Source of the DNA: an uncultured Chthonomonadaceae bacterium
Lineage (GTDB): Bacteria > Armatimonadota > Chthonomonadetes > Chthonomonadales > Chthonomonadaceae
Length of the DNA stretch: 64,000 bases
Assembly (NCBI GenBank): GCA_963817895.1
Contig: CAWFQB010000001.1
Location: 1,600,001 to 1,664,000 of the forward strand
Reading direction: 5' to 3'
Part shown: positions 50,209 through 61,200 of the stretch, one piece after another
Numbering within the stretch: position 1 is the first letter of the stretch
Layout: every line of letters starts with the position of its first letter
Notes under the pieces: generated by a model
Databases searched by the model: none
The model's input: the letters and a program-made list of their open reading frames with translations, nothing else
Told to the model about the DNA's origin: nothing
Position numbers and translations under genes: made by a program

Positions 50209-52050
50209 CTTCGCGATGAATTTGCGCTTGCTCTTGTCGAAGCCCTGAATCAGTTTCTTGGTGTCGAAGACCCAAGCGCCGCCGCGCTGCGTGAAGCAGT
50301 GGTATTCGGACAGGATGGAGGCCACCATGCGCCGGGGGGTGCGGCGGACGACGTTCACTTCCGTCAGCAGCGTGATGAACTCGATGCCCTTGCGGTAGTG
50401 TTCCATGATCTCGCGCATCACGTCGAACGTGGAAATGTCATCTGTTTCCGCCCGCTCCTGCAATTCCAGCAGTTCGTTGATGCGATTGCGGCTGATAAAC
50501 ATCGTCGGCTCGGATTCGTCGTTGTAGTTGACGATGTAGCGGTCGCCCGCCTGCCGCTCCAGCGTGAACGTCGCGCCCGAATCGATGGGAATAGACTGGA
50601 ACCAGTCGAGCAGGCCGTACATCAGGCGCGTCTCGTTGTTGACCCAGACCTGCGCCTTCTGGCTGCCGGGCAGGGAAAACTCGGTTTCCAGAATCGTCGG
50701 TTCCGGCGGGAAGAACCCGGACGGGAACTGGCACAGGGGCAGGGTTCCGATCTGCTTGTGATGGTACTTAATCACGGCGCGGGCGTTGGACGGCGGGTTC
50801 ATGTCGGGACTCGGAACGGGTTCCTCATCCAATACGTCCTGCGCCAGCGGGTTCAGGATTTCGCGCTCAAGTCCGCCATTGAAACCGTCGTCTTCCAAGC
50901 GCACATCCACAAGGTTGCCGTCCTCGTCCCGATAATTGTCTTCGGGAATGTCGAGCAGACCTGGGACGCTGAACACGTAGCCCGGAACGGTTCCCTGCGG
51001 GCGGAAACGCTCTCCCCCCGCCCACATCACGCGCTCATCCTGCGACAGCGCCTGAATAATCGTGCGCAGGTCTTCCTCATACGTGCGGTCGTCCGGCGTG
51101 ATTTCAAACTGGTCGGAAAGCAGGCGACTGGCAAACACGGTATCGTCGCTGTCCACAACCGATTGCACCAGTTTCGCCAGAGATTCCTCGCTCAATGCCA
51201 GCGGCTGCGCGGCTTCCTGCGCGATCTTCTCGGCGTCGTCGCTCACTTCCTGCTCGGCCAGTTTGGGAAAATGCTTCGTCAGTTTTTGCGCCAGTTGCGG
51301 GCCAATCCAGGTTCCGTCGGAAAGCGCGACCGCGCCGCTGTCCAGAAACAGATTCGAGTACAGCCGTTGGGCATCGAACGTTTCATGGTTCAGATGGTAG
51401 GCCAGAAACTGCAGGGCTTTATTTTTAATCGGGACGCTGACATTGTCCAGAAAAGCGGTCATGTTTTCGGAGCGCAGACTGTCCAATCCGGCTTCGCGGG
51501 CGGCTTCCACATACGGAAACACGTCCTCATCTTCCAGAAAGTTGTCGAACAGAACCTCATCCTCGTCATCGTCATCCGTGTTGAGCAGCCATTCGGCGGG
51601 CGCAACGTACTCATCGGCGATCAGGAAAAATCGCTGCCGGTTCAACACCAGTCGTGACAGCATCTCCTCATACACTTCGGCGGGACGGTCATAAATGGTT
51701 CCCAGTTCGCGCGCCAGTTCCATGATGCGGATGGGCTGGCCGAAGGCGTTGAGGACGCGGTGAATGTTGCGGTCAACGGTGTTGTTGACATCCAGATAGC
51801 GCGTCCAGATCGTCCATTTGCGATCCACAGCGGTCATGCTGACAGTGGTTGCCAGCACGACGCGCGCCAGTTTCATATCCACATCGGGATGGTCAACCGC
51901 TTTGGCGACTTCGGACGCTTTCAGGGGTTCGCCCGTTTCAATCAGGGCTTTATACACAAGATCGCCGGCATAGCGGGCGGCCAATGTCTCTTCGGTTGGC
52001 GGGGTCTGAGGTTTTGCGGGTGCAGCCGTTGCCACGATGTCTTCTCCCAT
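50206..52050 (-). CDS. Large acidic hypothetical protein with probable wHTH modules
   Basis: Long ORF with strong host codon bias; start uncertain (ORF is open to 52233). Confidence 0.8.
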   Translation of the reverse strand: MGEDIVATAAPAKPQTPPTEETLAARYAGDLVYKALIETGEPLKASEVAKAVDHPDVDMKLARVVLATTVSMTAVDRKWTIWTRYLDVNNTVDRNIHRVLNAFGQPIRIMELARELGTIYDRPAEVYEEMLSRLVLNRQRFFLIADEYVAPAEWLLNTDDDDEDEVLFDNFLEDEDVFPYVEAAREAGLDSLRSENMTAFLDNVSVPIKNKALQFLAYHLNHETFDAQRLYSNLFLDSGAVALSDGTWIGPQLAQKLTKHFPKLAEQEVSDDAEKIAQEAAQPLALSEESLAKLVQSVVDSDDTVFASRLLSDQFEITPDDRTYEEDLRTIIQALSQDERVMWAGGERFRPQGTVPGYVFSVPGLLDIPEDNYRDEDGNLVDVRLEDDGFNGGLEREILNPLAQDVLDEEPVPSPDMNPPSNARAVIKYHHKQIGTLPLCQFPSGFFPPEPTILETEFSLPGSQKAQVWVNNETRLMYGLLDWFQSIPIDSGATFTLERQAGDRYIVNYNDESEPTMFISRNRINELLELQERAETDDISTFDVMREIMEHYRKGIEFITLLTEVNVVRRTPRRMVASILSEYHCFTQRGGAWVFDTKKLIQGFDKSKRKFIAK

Positions 52051-52081
52051 GCAAGATCGAATTTCCACGCTGCTTATCAGT

Positions 52082-52123
52082 AACTTGAAGCGGCGATAGC
52101 GCAACTTGAAGCAGCGATAGCGC
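52082..52123. repeat. 21-bp tandem duplication
   Basis: AACTTGAAGCRGCGATAGCGC x2. Confidence 0.8.
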
Positions 52124-52336
52124 GAGGACAGCGCATCAGCGAAAGGGAAATCCGAGGTCAAAATGTCGCGCAAAAACGGCGCGCGCAACATTGGAGCGCG
52201 CCGCCGCCTGTACAACCCGTTATTATACCCCAAAACAGGCCGAAAACAAAACCGCGATTCGACAGACTTCTAACGTTCGCATGACCACGACGCTAAATCA
52301 ACCGGGACGCGGTAAATTCTAAAAAACAGGTATCTC

Positions 52337-52482
52337 AATATGAGAAATTCTCATATTCGCGCGCACTTCTGCGCTTTCCCAGAACGTTTATAAGAGTGTA
52401 GGACGCTGAACTCCTACAGTCCGTTCTCATATTCTGTTGCAGTGCGCGCAACAAACGCCCGTGATTGAAATTCAATCACGGG
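52337..52482. promoter_or_regulatory. Two perfect odd-length palindromes in a divergent intergenic region
   Basis: AATATGAGAA-A-TTCTCATATT (52337-52357) and CCCGTGATTGAA-A-TTCAATCACGGG (52458-52482). Confidence 0.5.
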
Positions 52483-52647
52483 TACTTTTCGTTTGCTTTA
52501 GCTTGCTTTTAAGAGCGATTGCAAACTATGTTCGCCTGCCTGCGCGAAAACCATGATAACTCTCCTCATTATGGGCGGTCTTCCTGAATACCTGACATTG
52601 CTTTGAAACCGCATTGTTTTTGAATTTTCTCGAAAGACCTCGCCGCC

Positions 52648-53583
52648 GTGAGCATCTATTCGATTCCGTCACCCTTCGGGACTGCGACACTTTACCCATC
52701 GCTGCCTGTTTCCGCGCCCTTCCGCGCTCTTCCGCCGCCGCTCATCATTATCGGGATGCCCCGCTCCGGCATAAGCCTGATGGGAGCAATACTGCACAAT
52801 CTTGGCGTTTACATGGACCCGGCTATGGGCGTTCCCGCCCCCGATAACAAACTGGCGCAGCCTGACGCCCTGAAGCGCAGCAGCGGGTATGGGGAAGCCA
52901 TCCCCTTCCGGCTGTTGAACGAGGCTGTTTTGCGGTCGGCGGGCGCGGTATGGCACGATGTCTTGCCCTTTCTGGCCCATCGGGACGCGCCGGGTTTCGC
53001 GGCTCGCAACACGCTGCGCATGGAACTTGCCACCTACGGCAGCCTGATTCAGCAGTACCTTGCCCCTTTTCCGCGTGGCTACAAAGGCGCGTGGGGCTGG
53101 AAAGACCCCCGCAACAGCCTGACACTGCCCTACTGGCTCCGCCTGTTCCCCGACGCGCGCATTTTGCACGTTCGCCGTGACGAAGAGGCCATCGCGCGCA
53201 GCCTGATGCGCCGCGCCGAAGCGACGGCAGCGCAAAACCTACCATTGCCAACGCCTGCCACTCGCGTGTGGAACGCCGTCAATCACCCGGACAAAGCGTT
53301 GCGCGGCATAGCCCGTCGCCTGAACCCGGCAGCCATCCCGTTGTCTACCGCCTTCGATGTTTCCAAACGCGAGGACTGCCTGCGCCTGACGGACATATAT
53401 GTGGCGGAGTGTCTGCGCTATCAGGAGCATCCGGGCGGCTATCTGGAAGTAGAGTATGAACAGATATTGAGCGATCCCGCCGCAATGGTTCAACGATTGT
53501 CCGATTTCGCGGGTGTCGCTCCCTCCGACGAGCAGAAGCAACGCGCCGCCGCATTCGTCACGCAGAACGGCGCGCGGGGCTGA
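52648..53583 (+). CDS. Sulfotransferase family protein
   Basis: IIGMPRSG.S PAPS loop, WGWKDPR, VEYE....P. Confidence 0.85.
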   Translation: MSIYSIPSPFGTATLYPSLPVSAPFRALPPPLIIIGMPRSGISLMGAILHNLGVYMDPAMGVPAPDNKLAQPDALKRSSGYGEAIPFRLLNEAVLRSAGAVWHDVLPFLAHRDAPGFAARNTLRMELATYGSLIQQYLAPFPRGYKGAWGWKDPRNSLTLPYWLRLFPDARILHVRRDEEAIARSLMRRAEATAAQNLPLPTPATRVWNAVNHPDKALRGIARRLNPAAIPLSTAFDVSKREDCLRLTDIYVAECLRYQEHPGGYLEVEYEQILSDPAAMVQRLSDFAGVAPSDEQKQRAAAFVTQNGARG

Positions 53584-53633
53584 CAGCGATATTCACTTCA
53601 ATGCCCCTCGCCCGTATCGGCTACTGAAACGGC

Positions 53634-53687
53634 AATAGCCCTCAATGGATGGCGTCCGCAGGTGGATGCCATCCATTGAGGGCTATT
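53634..53687. terminator. Long hairpin between convergent genes
   Basis: AATAGCCCTCAATGGATGGC...GCCATCCATTGAGGGCTATT. Confidence 0.75.
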
Positions 53688-53699
53688 TTCGGGAACGGT

Positions 53700-54788
53700 T
53701 TATTTGCCAACCTGTAGGATGGAGAACGAACCCGGCAGCATGGCGCGGCGTCCGCCGCGTCCGCCCTGTCCGCCCGCCGGGGCCGCCGCGCCCGCTGCGG
53801 GGGCAGGCGCCGCTTCGTATTCAGCGGCAATCAGGAAGATTTTGCCTGTTTTGCTGTCAAACGTCAGCGTTTTGGCTCCGGTCATGGTTTTGAGGGTTTG
53901 TTCCACCGCGAACGTTGTCGGCGAGTTTTCCTTGATTACCGTCAGCGTCCCATCGCCCTGCGAACTGAAACATTCCAGCGTTTTGGGATTGAAGACCGCG
54001 CCATCGCAGCCCCGGCCAATCGGCACATCGCCCAGATACTTGCCGTCGTTAGCGTCCAGCATCACCATCACCTGCGGCGCGCGGCAGGCCACGAAAAGGA
54101 CATGGTTTTTGGCGTCCAGCGCCAGCCCCGCGTTGCCGCCGCCCTTACCGTTGAGGCTGTAGTTGGCGGTCACTTTCATGGTTTTGGCGTCAATTACCGC
54201 TACGCTGTCTTTGTCTTCAATGTCCACGTAGATGTGGCCCTTGTTGTCCGTCGCGGCCTGTTCGGGCGCGCCGCCCAGATCAATCGTGCCGAGGACAGCC
54301 CCGTCCGCCGCGTCCAGAACGGTGGCGTTGGGCGCGCTGTGGCTGAAAATATAAACGCGATGGTTGAAGGCATCCGCCAGAATACCGTCCGGCCGGCCCT
54401 CGACGGGAATGTTTTTGATGGGCGCCAGTGTTTTGGTATCCCACATCGCGACGGGCTTGCTGGACGCGAAGCCGTGATGCGACTGCGCGTCCGAAGCCGC
54501 GCCCCGCGCATTGGTCATCGGAATTTCGCCGACGGATTCCAGCGTGTCGAGATTAAAAGCGGAGACGCGGGGCGAGGGACCGGAGCGGGCAACGTACAAC
54601 CGCCGTCCGTCCGCATCCGCGTACACATAATCGAAACCGCCCTCGCCGCCCACTTTGGCGGTCTTCTGCACATGGTAAGGCCCGTCGGCAGGGGCCGTCT
54701 TGACGGGTTCGGCAGGCGTCTGCTGCGCCAGTCCGTGAGCCGCGAAAAGGGCGAACCCGGCTGCCAGTGTGGGGAAAATAAGTCGCAT
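53700..54788 (-). CDS. Secreted YncE-like beta-propeller protein
   Basis: Signal peptide, GGEGGFDY, RRLYVAR, repeated strand motifs, GDGTL, GAKT. Confidence 0.82.
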   Translation of the reverse strand: MRLIFPTLAAGFALFAAHGLAQQTPAEPVKTAPADGPYHVQKTAKVGGEGGFDYVYADADGRRLYVARSGPSPRVSAFNLDTLESVGEIPMTNARGAASDAQSHHGFASSKPVAMWDTKTLAPIKNIPVEGRPDGILADAFNHRVYIFSHSAPNATVLDAADGAVLGTIDLGGAPEQAATDNKGHIYVDIEDKDSVAVIDAKTMKVTANYSLNGKGGGNAGLALDAKNHVLFVACRAPQVMVMLDANDGKYLGDVPIGRGCDGAVFNPKTLECFSSQGDGTLTVIKENSPTTFAVEQTLKTMTGAKTLTFDSKTGKIFLIAAEYEAAPAPAAGAAAPAGGQGGRGGRRAMLPGSFSILQVGK

Positions 54789-55049
54789 GGTTGATACCTC
54801 CACTAATCAATAATCGTTGAAGCGAGAATACAAGGGAAACTCGCGCCCTTACTCAAGGACGCGAAACAGGAATGGCAAAAGTCGCGTAAGGCAATTAACC
54901 TGGCGGCAACAAACTTTTCGCATTTGTTCTACGACTATAGACTGTTGGGGTTTGTATTTGTTAGCACTGTTTTGTGTTGCAGCCCTGAACAACACCTGAC
55001 TCTCATGCTCTTTGCAGGAGAGCAGAGGACAAAAGATTAATACTCCGTT

Positions 55050-55677
55050 ATGCCATTTGCGCCATTCAAAAAAGGGGATCAGGCGAACTCGCCTTATCGT
55101 TCGGCTACCGACCAGGCGTTAATTGCCGCCTGTCTTGCGGGCAAGGCGGATGCCTGGGACGCGCTTATCAGCCGGTACGCGGCCCTCATCTATTCCGTAT
55201 GCCTGCGCGCGGGCGTGTCGCAGTCCGAACGCCGAGGATGTGTTCCAGAATGTCTGTATTATTCTGCTGAACCATCTGGCGGATTTACGCGACATCGCCA
55301 AAATTTCCGGCTGGCTCATCTCGACGACAAAGCGCGAGGCATGGCGCATCGCGCGTCGGCGCGGGGCTGTCCTGGCTTCCGAACTGGGCGAGGGTGAATG
55401 GGAGATGGAGAGTGGCGAAAGCGTTGGATCGCAAACCGCAGGCGCAAATCCTGAGACTGAAGCCGTCGCGCTGGCAGAACAGCAGTTGATGCGGGAAGCC
55501 TTGCAGCGTCTGCCCGACCGTTGCCGGGAACTGCTGACCCAGTTGTACATGGCCGAAAATCCGCTCAGTTACCAGGAGCTTGGGGCAAAGTTCGCGCTTC
55601 CCGTCGGCAGTATCGGCCCAACCCGCGCCCGCTGCCTGCAAAACCTGCGCACAATCCTTCAGGAACTCGGCTACTGA
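55050..55677 (+). CDS. ECF sigma factor (frameshift at about 55228)
   Basis: D..LI..C..G...AW..L..RY, AEDVFQ, region 4 GSIGPTRARCL. Confidence 0.87.
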
Positions 55678-55938
55678 GATGGTTTGCGCTTCTTCATTCT
55701 CGCGTTTTCATCAACGCTGATTGCGCGCCACGTCCGATTACCGCGACATTCTGGCCGAAGTCGTCGCCTGCCGCCTCGATAACTTCGATCTCGGCTTCGT
55801 CTTTCGCGGCGTGACAAAATAGCCGAACGGAAATAAGAAACGCCTCCTGCCGGAATGGGCAAGAGACGTTTTTAGTTTCAAAATGGTGGCTCCCTCTCAT
55901 GGTATAATGGGAAAACAATCTGGAAAGGAGGAGCATTT

Positions 55939-56247
55939 ATGAACACAAATCTGGTTGTTGAGATGGTTGGCGGCGAACCGTATGAGTTCGAGCCGTTGGG
56001 ACACTACATTGTTCGCGCCGTCGGGGTTTGTGGCGGGCGTCCGACGGTCAAGTATACCCGCATCGAAATGTCTCATCTGCTGGATCGGGTGGCTCACGGC
56101 GATAGCATCGAAGAGATTGCGGGCAATTACAGCGGGCGTGTTTCCCGTGAAGCCGTTGCTGAAGCCATGGAAATCACCAATCGCTTTTTTGCCGCATCGT
56201 TGTCGCCGCTGATACCGGAAACAACCGCCCTGGTAAACCGCGCATGA
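55939..56247 (+). CDS. DUF433 family antitoxin
   Basis: GVCGGRP.VK.TRI, G.SIEEI..NY; AGGAGG RBS. Confidence 0.85.
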   Translation: MNTNLVVEMVGGEPYEFEPLGHYIVRAVGVCGGRPTVKYTRIEMSHLLDRVAHGDSIEEIAGNYSGRVSREAVAEAMEITNRFFAASLSPLIPETTALVNRA

Positions 56248-56609
56248 TTGTTTTAGACGAGCATCTGCAAAGCAAAGGTTTAGAAGACGAGATAAGGAAC
56301 TGGTACGCGGGGACTGTGATGAGTGTATTGGATTTGCGTCCCGACACCGTGATTAAAGATGAGGCGATGCCGGGTTTGCTCGCCCAACAGAACCAACCGA
56401 CATTCGTCACGATTAACGTAACCGATTTTTGGCAGCGCGTTCCCGCTTCGGAGAAATTCTGTCTCGTCTGTGTTGCCGTGACAAGTTCGGAGATAATTGA
56501 CATTCCTTCGCTGCTGCGACGATTATTGAAACACAAGGATTTCGATACCAAAGCGAAACGAACCGAAAAGTCGCGCGAATCACGAGCCAGGGCAACGCTG
56601 CTTTTATAG
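56244..56609 (+). CDS. PIN-like (DUF5615-type) partner toxin; 3' end probably frameshifted at about 56565
   Basis: IVLDEHL, IKD, FVTIN..DF; ATGA overlap with DUF433. Confidence 0.7.
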   Translation: MIVLDEHLQSKGLEDEIRNWYAGTVMSVLDLRPDTVIKDEAMPGLLAQQNQPTFVTINVTDFWQRVPASEKFCLVCVAVTSSEIIDIPSLLRRLLKHKDFDTKAKRTEKSRESRARATLLL

Positions 56610-56676
56610 TGTTGTGAAAAGGGAGCCTCATCCTGTTGATAATTTCTGAAGAGGCTGGTTAAAAGGGAGGTTATTA

Positions 56677-57738
56677 GATACTCCGACAAATAAGTTTGGA
56701 TTTATTCTTGGCGCGGGTAGAATAGACGTATGAACCTTCACGAACTTGGCCGCTATCCCGAAAACAAAGTCCGTTCGCTCTTCGGACTACCCCACGCCGC
56801 CTTAGCTGAACTCTTCCTGGCAGCGCTTCCCGAAATCGAGCGCCGTCGCCAACAAGAACAGGCCAACAAGCCCACGCGCCGCCGCAAGGTGGGAGGCGGC
56901 CGCAAACGCCTGCTCAAGCCCTACCAGGAAGTGTTGCTGACGCTGCTGTACCTGCGCCACAACGTCGCCTTCTCTGTGGTGGGCATGCTGTTTGGCGTCA
57001 GCGCCGATGTGGCGGAGAACACCTTCCATGAGATTGTCGGCGTCCTCAAAGACGTGTGTCCGGCCAACCGCTGGGAAGCGGAGAAACGCTGGACCAAGAA
57101 AGAACCCTCCTGGAAGCCCGAGGAGGTGGATCAGGTGATTGTGGATAGTTTCGAGACGCCGGTTCCGCGTCCCTCGATTGAACCCAAGCAACGCGCCTTC
57201 TACTCGGGCAAGAAGAAAGACCACACGCTCAAGACCGAGGTCATCACCAACCGCAATGGCGACATTCTTGATGTGGATGCGGGCTATCGCGGCCCGAAGT
57301 CGGACAAGAAAGTGCATGAGCAGAGTACGGTTGCCAAGCAGTTTCCCCATGCGACGGTCAAAGGCGATCTGGCCTATCAAGGCTTACCCCACAGCGAAGT
57401 GCCGCACAAGAAGCCACGCGGAGGCGCGTTGAGCGCTGTGCAGAAAGAAGAGAACCGCGCCTTTTCCTCAGGGCGTGTGCGTGTCGAACATAGTATCCGG
57501 CGCGTCAAAGCGTTTCGGATGGTGCGTGATGAATATCGTCTGGCGACGGGATTGTTCCGTCGCACTTGCTTCTGTGTGGTGGGTCTGGTGCAATTGATCG
57601 CGCTGACACGCGAGCCGCAAGGCGCGTAAGCCGGGAAAAGTAAACGCGGAAAAAGGGTTTTCGACGGGTGGAGTGTGTCTGCTCCACCTGAGCGCTAGCC
57701 TGCCTCAAAACAGCCTATATACTATTTGTCGGAGTATC
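56677..57738 (+). mobile_element. Insertion sequence, IS5-like (DDE_Tnp_4), 1062 bp
   Basis: 16-bp perfect TIR GATACTCCGACAAATA; flanking direct repeat TATTA (56672-56676, 57739-57743). Confidence 0.9.
56730..57629 (+). CDS. Transposase (HTH_Tnp_4 + DDE_Tnp_4)
   Basis: GGGRK, LLYLR, VDSFE...RP, YSGKKK.HT.K, GDLAYQG, RVRVEH.I. Confidence 0.92.
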   Translation: MNLHELGRYPENKVRSLFGLPHAALAELFLAALPEIERRRQQEQANKPTRRRKVGGGRKRLLKPYQEVLLTLLYLRHNVAFSVVGMLFGVSADVAENTFHEIVGVLKDVCPANRWEAEKRWTKKEPSWKPEEVDQVIVDSFETPVPRPSIEPKQRAFYSGKKKDHTLKTEVITNRNGDILDVDAGYRGPKSDKKVHEQSTVAKQFPHATVKGDLAYQGLPHSEVPHKKPRGGALSAVQKEENRAFSSGRVRVEHSIRRVKAFRMVRDEYRLATGLFRRTCFCVVGLVQLIALTREPQGA

Positions 57739-57797
57739 TATTAGCTTTCCTTTGCATCATGGTATAATGCAAAACGAACTGGAAAGGAGTCGCCACA

Positions 57798-58040
57798 ATG
57801 GAAAAATGCGAACTCTCCCCTGAAGCGCAACGCGAACGATTGGCGATTCAAGCCTCGAATAGCCATCTTCACGCGGAACGCCTTGCATGGGAAGAAAGAG
57901 CCAGAAGATTGGAAGCTCTGCTGTCGCGTAAGGAAGAGATGGTACGCCGTCAGCAAGAATTTCTCGCGGAGATTCAGGCCGAACGTCAGGCTATTGAAGC
58001 CGAATATCAGCGTATTTGCGGCGCAAGTATCTCTGCCTGA
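57798..58040 (+). CDS. Small coiled-coil protein coupled to the HNH gene
   Basis: AAGGAG RBS; TGATG overlap with the next ORF. Confidence 0.65.
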   Translation: MEKCELSPEAQRERLAIQASNSHLHAERLAWEERARRLEALLSRKEEMVRRQQEFLAEIQAERQAIEAEYQRICGASISA

Positions 58041-58255
58041 TGCGAAATGAACTACGTCAACGGGCGCAGCGCCGTTTTGATTTTCGCTGCGGCTACTGCG
58101 GAGTGCGTGACACAGAGGCTGGCGCGCGACTTACCATCGATCATTTTCAGCCACGCGCTCAGGGAGGCGATGACGATTTTGATAATCTGGTCTACTGTTG
58201 TCATGCCTGCAACGAGTTCAAGGGCGATCACTGGATTCGCATTATGCCAACGTAA
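58040..58255 (+). CDS. HNH endonuclease, short and possibly 3'-truncated
   Basis: RCGYCG, IDHFQP...GG, NLVYCCHACNEFK; overlaps the convergent gene end. Confidence 0.8.
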   Translation: MRNELRQRAQRRFDFRCGYCGVRDTEAGARLTIDHFQPRAQGGDDDFDNLVYCCHACNEFKGDHWIRIMPT

Positions 58256-61200
58256 CCGTCAACGTTTCTCCCGCATTGAGAACGAGGCTTGACGCGAGGG
58301 TGACAACCGCTTTGCCGTCCTGCATGGCGACGGTTGCGGGAACGGTTTTGCCGTTGTGTTTGGCGGTTGCTTTGCTGAATTGGCCCTGTACGGCAAGCGT
58401 GTTTACTTTCAGTTTGCCGTGCCGGAGGGTGACTTCCGCTTTCAGAGTTTTGCCCTGCTTTTGCTGCGCGAAGGTTCCCCAACCCTCGGCGGCGGTAAAC
58501 GCGGCGCGGAAGTTTTCGGACTGCCAGCGTGGGGCAAAACTCAAATGCCCCTTCGGGCCGTGAACTTCAAAACCGCAGGCCGTGATGTAGGAGCCGTAAC
58601 TTGCCATCGCGCGGGAATAGTGGTCGCTGCACTCGATCTCGTTGTAGGGGTTGCGGCGGCTTGCATGGTAGCGGTCGTGGATGGCGCGGGTGACGGCTAA
58701 TCCCTCCTGAGTCAGCCCCTCCGCGATCATGTGGCTGGCCGCCTGATGCTCGAAGCCGCTCATGCACTCGTTGAAATAGCCGTACTGCCAGTCTTTCACA
58801 TTGCCGAACGCATCCGGCAGCTCCTTGGGGTTGGTGGACATAATCAGGCCGCCGTCACCGGCAACCGCATACGGACGCCCTGCCGGGTTTTTGCGCCGGA
58901 ACGCGCCGACATCGGGCGCGAAGTTGTATTTGTACAACGCTCGTAACGCGCTGACGGTTTTCGCTTTGTCCAGAATACGCCCCGCCCCGACCTGCCACGC
59001 CCACGATTGCCCGTGTACCTGATCTATGTGGCACGTATCGTAGGTTCCGAGTGTCCGTTCGCGCCCCGGTTCCGGCTTCTGGATGAAATACTCGCCGTTG
59101 TACAATTGCGCTTCAAGGGCTTGCTGTGTTTGCAGGCATTTCTCCTTACAAAGTAGGGCAAACTCGCTGTCGTTCATGTCCGCCGCCATTGTTTCGCAGG
59201 CGCGTAAAGCCGCCGCGTACAGCGAACTTATCCACGCGATTTTGCCGAACCATGCGGCGTCTAAGGTATTTTCCTGCGCCCCGTCCAGCAGTCCATCGCC
59301 GTTGGCGTCGTGGTGGATAAGGAACTGCATGGCTTTTTTCACATTGGGCCAGATGCGGCGCAGAAACGCATCGTCCGCGCTCATCTGGTGTTCGCGCAGC
59401 GCGCCCAGTATTCGCCCGCACTGCCCATCTACCGCCGGCCCGGTTCCCTCGCCCCGGTAGTTTATCATGCCGGAATGGGTGTCCAGAGCCACGCCGAAAT
59501 CTACGTGTTCCCGCGTGAATCGCTCCAGTTCGGGGAAGATTCTGCCCGGAGCCTGCGCGTAGTGCCAGACGTGGGTACAGGTTCCCTCGCAGCAGCCAAT
59601 CCCCTCCCAACCCCAGAACCGCCCCGTCTGAAACCGGTGCGCGGTACTCGTCGCCAGAATGGACGTGTTGACAAACGTTCGATCCAGAAACCAGTGGGGC
59701 AGAGTGGAGTCGTACCACGTTTCATGCCACAGTTTGGTGGCTTTGCTCAGGCGCGAATGTTCTTTCGCCACATACGCGGCAACGTCCCGCGCGCTCGCAA
59801 AGCGTTTGGCGTAGTGGTTGCCGGAACGGGCGTCGGGAACCGGCAGGCCGTTGTTGGGGAAATTCCACGCGACGACAAAGGTAACGGTCTGTGATTTTCC
59901 GGGCGCGAGTTCAACGTCGCGGGTGATGCCGCCGATAAGCGATTTGCCCAAATCCACGCGGGCAAAGCCGCCGGGAACATGGCTGTCGAACAGCGTTTCC
60001 GGCGTAAGGTTGGCATGGCCGTTACCGCCGTCCAGAAGGGCAAGCGCCATCGTTCCCCAATCGCGCGCCCGCTCTAAGGGAACATCCCGGCGCGGATCGT
60101 TCGTTTGCAGGATGCTGCCGACGCCGATGTTACCCCATGCGCCCCTGCCCGTGTCGTAGATTTCAAGGGTCGCCTGCTTGTTGAGAAATTCGCGGACATC
60201 CCACGCTTCCGCCCGCATCCGGTTGTTGTCCTGCCCCGCCGCGCGCCGAACGGTTTTGCCGTCTACGACAAGGCGCATGCCGACCTCTTCGACATTGCGC
60301 CCGCCGCCGATATAAAATGTTATATAATCCCGCTGAATGGTAAACGGCGGGCTGATGAGTTTGCCGGTCTGACTGTCTTTTGCGCCCACGTCACTGCCGG
60401 GAGCGCTTGCATGGGAATTGACGACGTATTTGCCCTCGCCGCCCAGATCGCCCTGATACGCGGGAACCGCAGAGCGCAACAGCGGCCCCGCCCCAAACGC
60501 GGTTCCTAACACCGTCCACTTGCCCCAATCGGCCCGCTGAAAATCCTCTACCGTAATGTCGAGGGGTTTGTTCAGGCCAGTGGGCGGCGTATGCCAGAAT
60601 TGTGAGAACAGAATGGTTGCCCCGGCTTCGCTGTGAATTCCGTTGTCATTCTGTCCATCGCCCGGACGGGCGGACGCGCGGGCGCAGACGTTTTCCAGCC
60701 AGCCGCCGATTTGCGCTTTCACGGGTTTGTCGCTCGCGTTATGCAGCGTGAATTCGCAAACGGTGGCGGGCAGGCTTGAATCGTCGAAGTCGAGCGGAAT
60801 AAAGGGCGAATACGCTTTCAGCGTCACCTGAATAGGACACGCGGGATCGGAATACGCGACGGTTCCAATCGGATACTCGCCCACAAACGTAATTTCATCC
60901 CATCCGCTTGCATCTAGTGGACGGATTTTGCCATCCACTTTCAGCGCGAAGCCCTGTTCCAATGGCGAACGGGGCGGGGCGGGGGACACATAATTCGCGC
61001 CATTTTGCGGGTCAACCGTGATCTCGTTGCCGTAGCCGTTGAACGGAACGCGGCGGGGTTCAATGCCGTTCTGGTTGGCGTTGAAAATGTCCCACAGCCA
61101 CAGTTTGCCATCGCCGCCGAGATACAGGGTTCCGCAGCACAGGCCACCAATGGGCATACCGATGTGCCGCAGTTCGCCCCGTTTTTTGGAATACACGGTG

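Noticed and set aside
50116..51657. 513-aa plus-strand ORF and other long antisense ORFs (e.g. 15887-17272, 53898-54794)
   Set aside because: Shadows of GC-rich genes on the opposite strand, with no recognisable motifs.
55694..55936. Minus-strand 80-aa ORF as an anti-sigma factor
   Set aside because: Wrong orientation, no motif, and it overlaps the TA promoter; at most a gene remnant.
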